Origin: Candidatus Oxydemutatoraceae bacterium
GTDB taxonomy: Bacteria > Pseudomonadota > Gammaproteobacteria > Poriferisulfidales > Oxydemutatoraceae
Length of the DNA stretch: 64,000 bases
NCBI GenBank assembly: GCA_965219575.1
Contig: OZ244779.1
Location: 1,612,769 to 1,676,768 of the forward strand
Reading direction: 5' to 3'
The notes under the pieces were generated by a model. It was given only the letters and a program-made list of their open reading frames with translations. It was not told the DNA's origin and did no database searches. The translations under genes and the position numbers were made by a program. Shown piece by piece: positions 15,001 to 24,500 of this stretch (position 1 is the first letter of the stretch; every line of letters begins with the position of its first letter).

Positions 15001-15575
15001 CACCACCGCTTCTATTAATCTGCAAATTGGATATCACGAAGCCGTTGCCGTCGAACTCGCCGCCGAATCGGGCGGCATCGGTGCCTATCGATTGCCAACC
15101 GGTATCGGCAGGGTCGTCGAAATCGTCCACCGTCCAGGTCGTTTTATTTGCCAAGTCGTCGTAGCTGTCATCGTCTAGGAAATCCAAGTTGCGGGTCAAT
15201 AGATAACGCGCATTGCGACGGTTGCGTATGTTGTCGAGGTCCTCCAGCGATTCTATTTCAATAACCGCGTTGCGCGACCGGTATCGCAGATACAGCGGAT
15301 ATTCTACGGTCGGTTCGCCGTCGGCACTCGGGTTGATTTCAACGATGAGGTACTGGATGCCGTCGGGATCCAACATGATCGGCGCACTGCGGTCGCCGCC
15401 GGCAAAGGTGTTGCCGATCTGCGTCTTGATGCCGGCAACGAACTCGAAGATTTTGATCTCGGCAGCGAGATCGAATGTGATCGGTTGCAAACGGATCGGG
15501 TTTTCGGAAGACACTACGCTACCGCGATAACTGCCGTAATTTGACCCATGGAACGCCGGCTCCAATTCACCGTCG
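1..15575. repeat. Large diverged direct repeat, copy 1 (gene B modules 6-15)
   Basis: acataagtcggc at base 3 matches 48371 (offset 48368); ggaacgccggctccaattc.ccgtcg ending at 15575 matches the window end at 64000 (offset 48425). Shadow ORFs are also duplicated (14156/62581, 8474/56884, 6200/54610). Confidence 0.95.
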
Positions 15576-18500
15576 ACGACGAGTATATCCTCCAATAAGC
15601 CGTAGCGGAGTTGCGGTGCTATCAGGCTCCCGCAGATTGGCAACCCGTCGCTACCGTCGGCGTTGCAACTTTGCGGGCCGTCGCTCCTTGGATTTAATCT
15701 ATATTTGAGTATCGGGTATTGCCTATCGGTGCCGAAATCCCAATCGCCGGAGCTCCAGCGGGTATATCGGGGAGGACTCGTTGCATTCGCTGCGGTCGGT
15801 GATTGCATCTCTTCGGTGGTGAGACCGTTGCCCGCAGCACTGGTGGCTCGACCGCTGGTTTGCGTATCCCAATAGCTGTTGCGAGCGGTACCCGACCCGC
15901 TTCCTATTAACCCCCCTATCGCCGACCCGATAGCGGATACATTACCGATTGCATAGCTATCGCTTATCGTGTTCGCACCCGACGACAAACCGGCAAAACC
16001 GCCCACATCGGATGCATCGCCGGCAGCAATCGCACCCGTCGCATAGCTGTTTGTAATGACGGCATTGTCCGATTTTTCACCGACAAAACCGCCTATATGC
16101 TCATTCGTAGTGACATCCGTAACACGAACACGGCCGGTCGCATAGCTATTTATGATTTCCCCGCTGCTGAATAAACCGATAAGGCCACCGGAAAGACCCT
16201 CTGCCGAAACGCTGCCGGTCGCATAACTGTTGATGATCAAATTGGAGGTCGTTCCTTCGGCAATGCCGACTAAGCCTCCGACGCTAGTGCTTGCGGTGAC
16301 ATCGACGGCAGCGTAGCTGTTGATAATCCAACCCGAGGCTAGATGTGCGCCGACCAAACCGCCGACATTATCGGTTCCGGCAACTTCGCCGATCGCATAA
16401 CTACCGATGACGGTACCTCGGTTTGCACCGGTCAGCGCACCGATATTCGTACCCTCTATATTGATATTGACAGCGGTCAAACCGAGGTTGCGGACAACAC
16501 CTCCGTCGATACTACCGAACAAACCTTGATTGATATTACTTCTATTGATCTGTAAATTGGATATCACGAAGCCGTTGCCGTCGAGACTACCGCTGAAATT
16601 GTCTATCGGCTGCCAACCTTGATCGAGCGTGTCGTTAAAATTGTCCACCGTCCACGCGGCTTTATTTGCCGCATCCTCGTAGCTGGCGTTGTCTAGAAAA
16701 TCCAGACTTCGGATCAATAGATAACGCGCACTCGGGTTGTTGCGTATTTTATACAAGTCCTCCAGTGAATCTATTTCTATGACGAGGTCAGGGTCTACGG
16801 GTCCGGGATCACTCACGACATAGGGTGGCTGCGGCGATATCAAGCTCCCGCAATCGGGGGCACCGGCTACATCGCAAACATTGCCGAACGGACCTGCGCT
16901 ATATTTAAGTCTCGGATACTCGCTTGCGGTGCCGAAATCCCAGATCTCGTCGCTCCAGTTCTCGTAAAGACCGACGGCAGCGGTCGGCATTTGCAGTTGC
17001 ATCGTTGTCCTATCTCTATCTCCGTCGGCACTCGCTCCGCTATCCCGGTAGCTGTCGTTAAAAATTAACGGAGGAAAACTGCTCTGCCTAGGAGGTACTT
17101 GAAAACCGAGCAGATCTACGCCGGCCGGTGCCGAACCCGTTGCATAACTATTTTCTATTACGCCGCCGTTAACCAGACCGATCAGCTTGCCTCCGGCAAC
17201 AATTCTACAGCTTTCGGTCAAGAGTTCTAAAGTGGCATCGGCATAGCTGTTTTTAATCGTGCTCAACGGGCCGAATTGATTGCCGACCAAACCACCGGCA
17301 TGACAATATCCGGCGACGGTTGTCGCTTGCACAAAACTATTGTAGATCTCTGCATATATATTCCTGCCGACCAAACCACCGATATGGTGGGTAGCATTTG
17401 CCACCGCCGGGTTGACTCGTATCTCGGAATCTACTACGAAACTGTTGCCGATGTAGTGGATATTATTTTCACCTTCATCAGAACCGTTTCTGCCGACCAA
17501 GCCACCGATATAATTATGATCACCACCGCCTCTAGTGCTACCGACCCCCTCTACGAAACTTGCTATAACACCGCTGTTCAATACCAGACCTCTGTTTTGA
17601 CCGACCAACGCGGCGACCCACACGGCACGGGAATTGGAAGCTCTGACATCGGCATCGTTGAGGATCAGATTTTTAACCGTCCCCCGTACCCCGATCGTTC
17701 CGAACAGACCGACCGCACTCGTACCGGCATCCCCTACTTTGATTTGTAAGTTGGATATCGCAAAACCGTTGCCGTCGAAGGTGCCGGTGAAATTATCTAT
17801 CGGTTGCCAGCCGTCGTCGCCGTCGGCATCGAAATCGTCCACCGTCCAATCGCTGTTGACCGCCCTCGTGCGATAGCTCAAGGCATCCTCAAAGTCCAGA
17901 TTTCTGGTTAATCTGTAGCTGCCGTTCGGGTTATTGCGTAGCGCATCGAGGTCTTCCAGATTACTGATCTCTATCGGTATTTGCGGCGCACGATAGCGCA
18001 AACGGAAGTTGTATCGGCGTTTGCGTGCCGAAGGATCCGACGGGGTGAGTTCGACGACGATGTGGTTTTCACCGTTCCTCAACATGATTTCTCCGCTCAA
18101 CTCGCCGCCACCGAACTCGGAAACCGGTGCCGTGTTATCCTCGCCGCGCAGAGCGAGAAAGCGCGCACCGGCATCCTGCGACCCGGCAATCAATCGGATC
18201 GTGTTGTCGGCACCGACACCGACGACATGCGTTCGGTAATCGCTCAATCTACCGTTAAAGTTTAGGCGCGGTGAAAACCTACCGGGAAATACGCTTAATT
18301 CGTTCAGATCATAGCTCGGTTTCGGTGCTATCAGACTGCCGCAGACCGGCAAACCGTCGCCACCGGCATCGCTACAAGTGCGCCGACCGGTGCTATCGGG
18401 GTTTCGAGCATATTTGAGTCGCGGATATTGCCGGTTGGTGCCGAAATCCCAGTTGTCGCTACTCCAGCCGGTATAACGGGCAGGGCTCGTTGCATCCGGT

Positions 18501-21500
18501 GCAGTCGGCGATTGCATCTGTTGTGTATTAAGACCGCTACCTCTTTCGCTGTTGCTTCGACCGCTGGTTTGTGTATTCCAATAGCTGTTTTGAACGCGAC
18601 CATCGGTGCCGGCAAACCTGTTTCCCAAAAAACCCCCTATATTTGATCCGGTTCCGGATACACTGCCTATAGAGTAACTATCGGCAATTAATCCGTTTGT
18701 TGCGTTTTGCCACAGATTGCCGATAAAACCACCCACTTGGTTTATGCCGGTAACCGAACCGGTTGCATAGCTATTCCTAATGACGGTATTTCCTTGTTTT
18801 TCACCTACAAAACCCCCGATAACCCTATCGGTACCGCCTATCACATTACCGGTTGCATAGCTATTCCTGATTTCACCCCTTCTTTGCACACCGACGAAAC
18901 CACCGGCAAAACCGGCTGCCGAAACGGCACCGGTTGCATAACTGTTGATAATCAAATCGGGAACCTCGTCGGCAAGACCGACCAAACCCCCGACTGCCGT
19001 GTTGCCGGTGACATCGACGCCGGCGTAGCTGTTGATAATCCGGCCCGAACGAAGATGCGCACCGACCAAACCGCCGATATTATTGCCTCCGTTGATCTCG
19101 CCGGTCGCATAACTACCGATAATGGTGCCTCGGTTTGCGCCTGCCAGCGCACCGCTATAATTATTGCTACCGGCATCTATTTTGACATCGGTCAAACCGA
19201 GGTTGCGGACAGTGCCGGTGATACTACCGAACAGACTTTGATCGTTGGCATTTCTATTGATTTGCAAATTGGATATCACGAAGCCGTTACCGTCGAAGAT
19301 GCCGGAGAATCGGTTACTATCATTACCTATGGGTTCCCAGCCGAGGCCGGTGTCGGTGTCAAAGTCCACCGTCCATCGCAACCTGTTTGTTGCCGCATCT
19401 TCATAACCGGCATCATTGCCGAAATCCAGATTTCTGAGCAGGCAATAGCTACCGTCTCGGCGGTTGCGTATGTCGTTAAGGTCTTCCAAAGTCTTGATCG
19501 GCGTGAAATCGCTCAACTCCGAACACTCTCTCGTCTCGACGATATCGGCGACAACGACACGGTTGAGAATGATCGACTGGCGCACCGCTTGTCCGCGCTT
19601 GACCTCTATTACCAGGTGGCGCATCGGTTCGCCGGCAGTCAGAGTCAATGCCATGCTAGGTTCGCCGCTAGCCAGACCGGATTGCAGTAGGGTGCCGTTT
19701 GCGTCGTAGATATCGATAACGGCATTGTCCTCAAAGGCGGTGGCAATCAGGCGAATCTCGGAAACCGACGCAGATACCTGAATGTTGCCCGAATAACTGC
19801 CACCGGTGAACGGCGGCGATAGGGTGCCGTTGACTGCCGTTAAAAACCGCAAGCCACGCCGCAATTCGGGAGAGATCAGCGTGCCACATTCGGGGGTGTC
19901 CGGCGTGTCGCACGCCGGTTGACCGGCAAGGTCGGGGTTCGGCGCATGTTTGAGGACCGGGTATTGGGCATCGGTGCCGAAATCCCAATCGTCGAGGTTC
20001 CAACCGAAATACACTTTGTCGGTATTGCTATATTGTGCAATGCCTGCCTGTAGCTCTGTCGTTGTTTTGCCGCTGCCACCGGTCGAGGTTTGCAAGCCGG
20101 CGGCGATTGTGTCCCAGTGGCTCGCATCAACGGTAGAAGGCTCTATAAACTGCCCGATTAGTCCTCCGTATGGAAAAACGGAGGGATTTAGAGATTCTAT
20201 CCTAACCGTTGCGTAGCTGTTGCGTACGCTACTGTCTCGCTGCAAAACACCGACCAAACCACCGACAAAAGCACTCAGGTTGTTGACTTGAATGATAGAG
20301 CCTTGCGCATAACTGTTGACGACCCGGCTCGTATTATCCAATTCTCCCACCAATGTTCCCATGCGATTGGCAGTATGGCTTGTAGCGATATCGGCAACCG
20401 CATAACTATTGATAATTCTAGAGGCTTGTACATGACCGACCAACCCGGCAACGCGAAACAAGTTGCTGGTGATTTCACCGGTGGTATAGCTGTTGATAAT
20501 CAGACCGTTCTCCGATATTCGCCCGACCAAAATACCCGAAGCACCGGTATTATCGGCGGTGTCCGAGGAACGGAATGCTATATTCATCAATGCACCGCTG
20601 TTGATAATTTCTCCGCCTAAGTTCTCGGCGACTAGACCGCCTATTAGATTACTTGCCGTGCCGGCGGCGGTGATTTCGCCCTGCACATAGCAATTAACGA
20701 CCGCGCCCCGATTGATCACCGTTAGACCGGAGAGTCTTCGACCGGCCGACGAGGATCCCGCTATCTCTAAACCTTCTATGCGGAGGTTGCGTATCACACC
20801 CGAGTTGTCAAAGAATAAACCCTTGCCACCGGCTGCCGCACTATTCATTCGTAAATTGTAGAGCGTGTTGCGGTTGCCTTCGAAGGTGCCGGTGAACGGG
20901 GTGCTACGATCTCCTATCGCGATCCAGCCGACATCGCCGAGTACGGTGAAATCGGATACCGTCCATGCTTTGTTAACTTGCCGGTTGCGATAGCTGTCGT
21001 TGTCTTCGAAATCCAAGTCTCTCATCAGTTCGTAGCCGAAGCAACCGCTGTCGGGACACCCGCCGGTCACCTCGCTTGCCGTCTCGCTCACCCTATAACC
21101 GCTACCCGATAGCTCGTGGCGGATTGCGTTCAACGCCTCCAAATCGTAAATCTCTATCAGACCGTCGCGGTCTTTATCTACGATCGCAGTCGGTGTCTGC
21201 GATGTTAGGGTGTTATTGTAGCCTTGCCGGTCTATATAGTATATTTGCAGACGGTAGCGAACATTACCTAATTCGTGCATGCCGACATCGAATGTCGCAT
21301 CGGTCGCTCCGTCTATGCTGGTCCAGTTATCGGCTTCATCGGCTTCGCTGAATTGCCATTGGTATAGCCGATCTTGTTCGGCAATCGGGGCGATGCCGTC
21401 GGCATCCGACGCGATGACCGCCTCAAAACCCGGCGAGTGCAACACCGGAGTGCCGTCTAAGAAGGCTAGAGGAGCCAAAACCGGACTGCCGTTATTCACT

Positions 21501-24500
21501 TTGGCAACGACGAGCTGTTCGGAGCCTATACTGCGATTACCGAAGCGACCGTCGCTTATCTCCACACTCAGTGATGCCACACGCCCGGTTTCGGTTATTG
21601 ATGCCACGAAATCGCCGGCTATAGTTAGATAGAAGTCGGGTTGGTTTATGGTGATGCCGGTGTCCAGACCGTCCATCAACAGCGGCATCTGCGGTGCGGT
21701 TTGTCTCCACATGTAAGATAAGGGGACGATCCCACCGATGTTGCTCGCTACATTGAAGCGCACCGTTTGACCTTCTCTCACCTGCCTGTTGCTCGAGTCT
21801 ACCGTCACGCTCGCGGCGAAGCTACGGAAAATTTTTACACTATAATTTCGAGCAACGATGAGCTCGGTCGGAGCAGGCATTCTATTGAGGTTGATCGATA
21901 GATCGTTATCGCTACCGGTGACCGTAATTGGGTTGGCTTCGTCGCCGACTTTTAAGACCGTGAATGTAGCATCGTTATCGCGTGCGGCAACATCCAAGCT
22001 AATCGCAGTCGGGTTGTCGCCTACCACCACATAGTAGTTGTTAATCTCGGGGTCGAACTCGGGAATCAATGTGAAGCCACCGTTGACCGCTAGGGTGGCT
22101 ATGCGAGCGACTTGCTGCGCCAAGGCAATGCCGTCGGCATCCTTCAGTATCGGGTATTCGATGGTGGAACCGAAATTCCAGTCGTTGCGACTCCACAGAT
22201 AAAAAGCATCGGATACCTGCTCGCCGGGCGTAACCGCTGCCTCGAGATCGGCAATACCGCTGCCACCGTCGCTCGTCGTGATACCGGCTTCGGTGGTATC
22301 CCAATAGCTACGCAATACGCTGCCTGAATTGATACCGACCAAGCCACCGACATCGTTGCCGCTGCCGATCACTCGCCCGGCCGCATAAGCGATGCGAACT
22401 TCGCCGCCGTTCTCGCCGACCAAACCGCCGACGCGATCGGCACCGATGACCGAACTCAACGCATAGCACAGCTCAACCGTGCCGTCGAATTGCTTGCCGA
22501 CCAAACCGCCGACGCGATCGGCACCGAAGACCTGCGGGTTGACCGCATAGCTACTGCGTATCATGCCGCTGTCGGCTCTACCGACCAAACCACCGACATC
22601 GTTCACATCGTTGTCTATGCCGGGGGCGTCGCTGTTGTCTCCTACGACCGAACCCGTCGCATAGCTGAAAGTGATACCGCCGCCGAACAAATAACCGACT
22701 AAACCGCCGACGCCGACGCCGCTGCCTCGTATATCGCCGCTCGCATAGCTGTTTTCAATTCGGCTATTCTCGGCACTGCCTACCAAACCACCGACATTCG
22801 AAACACCCGTTACATTTACAATCGCATAACCGTTATTGATCGTGCTTTTGTTACTCATCCCGATCAAACCACCGACATCGGTATTGCCGACGACAACACC
22901 GCTCGCAAAACTATCGACGACGACGCTCCCGGTTTCGTCTACAGTACCGATCAACCCGCCGACATTGTCGTTGCCGTCGATGCCGATTTCGGTTGCCGAA
23001 CAGTCGGCTATGCGCTCGCCGGCATAAAAACCGACCAAACCGCCGACATGCGTATTGCCGGAAACTTCTATGTCGTTTGTCGTGCTGTCGCTAATCGTAT
23101 TGTCGCTGTAGCCGACTAAACCGCCGATGTAGTTGCCGGCGACAACCGTACCGCTTGCCGAGTTATCGGTCAAACGGAAGGTCTGCAGACTATCGGCTGC
23201 GACGATCTCTTCGGATGACGGACAAAGACGGCTACCGGTTATGCTCGAACACGCATAGCCGATCAAACCGCCGGCATAATCGCCGGCTACCAACACATCG
23301 GCACTCACATTGTTGCCGACGATAGAACCGATGGTGTAGCCGACCAAACCGCCGACATAACCGTTGCCGTATATGTTACCTCTGATATCGTTGCCACCGA
23401 GTATGCGCCCGAAATTGAAACCGACCAATCCGCCGACCCGCTCACCACCCAGCACATCGGTCGATACAAAATTATCCGATACGATGCCGAAGTTGTCGCC
23501 GATCAAACCACCGACCGTGTTGCCGTCGCGTATCACCGTCGCAATCTGCTCCGCCGCCTCGCAGTTGCTCGTCGCGCGGTTATCGCGACAACGGCTTTCA
23601 AAAATACCGCCGGCAACTTGTTCCAGCAGTACATTATTGTTGACCACGGTGCCTCTGTTGACGGCAACCAAACCACCGACGGTTCCGACACTGCCGATTA
23701 CACGACCGCGCACGACATTAACATTACTCACGATGCCTTCGTTGACGGCAACCAAACCACCGACCTGCGACCGGCCGGCGATATTCGAACGCAACAATGT
23801 CAACGCATTGATTTGTGCCGACGGCGCAGTGTGTGCAAAAAATCCGATACCGTCTAGCGGACGGTTGATATAGAGGTTCGAAATCGTGAAACCTCTCGCC
23901 TCGAAGTAGCCGGAAAACGGACTCGCACTCGTGCCGATCGGCTGCCAACCCAAACCTTCGTTCCACTCCCGATTGATGCGACCGGCAAGATAGCTTTCGG
24001 CATCACCGAAGTCTAAGTTCCTCGTTAACTCGTACCCTCTGCAGACACCGTCGTTGCCCTCGGCACCTTCGGCACAACCTCGGTTGAACAACGGCGCAGT
24101 GCGACTCGCCCTATAGCCACTTCCGTCCAAAACATATCGCACCGCATTCAAGTCCTCTAAATCGCAAATCTCTATCAAGCCGTCATCGTCGGCATCGACA
24201 TCGACGGCATAACCACAGTTGCGGTCTACAATAACGACCGAGACCGCAGTCGTCTCGCCGAAGCCGTAATTTGCTCCGTCTCTCGGCTCGGCAATGCTCA
24301 AATATACACGGCTGGAGACCGTCCTGTCGCCGGGGTCGGTATTTCTGGTGAGGATGCTCAGAGCGAGTCGGGTAGTGCCGGCGGGAACGACGAACGTCCG
24401 GACACCTTCGAGTTCGTCGGGGACGAGATCGTTGTTACCCTCTTCTTTTATTCCCAGAGTAAACAAGGTGTTTCTATCGGTGACCGCATCGAGCGTTATC

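Noticed and set aside
1-15575. Diversity-generating retroelement (template/variable repeat pair)
   Set aside because: Differences between copies involve all bases and indels (e.g. ata-gat-gca vs aca-agc-tcg near 14490/62915), both copies are coding, and no reverse transcriptase is in the window.
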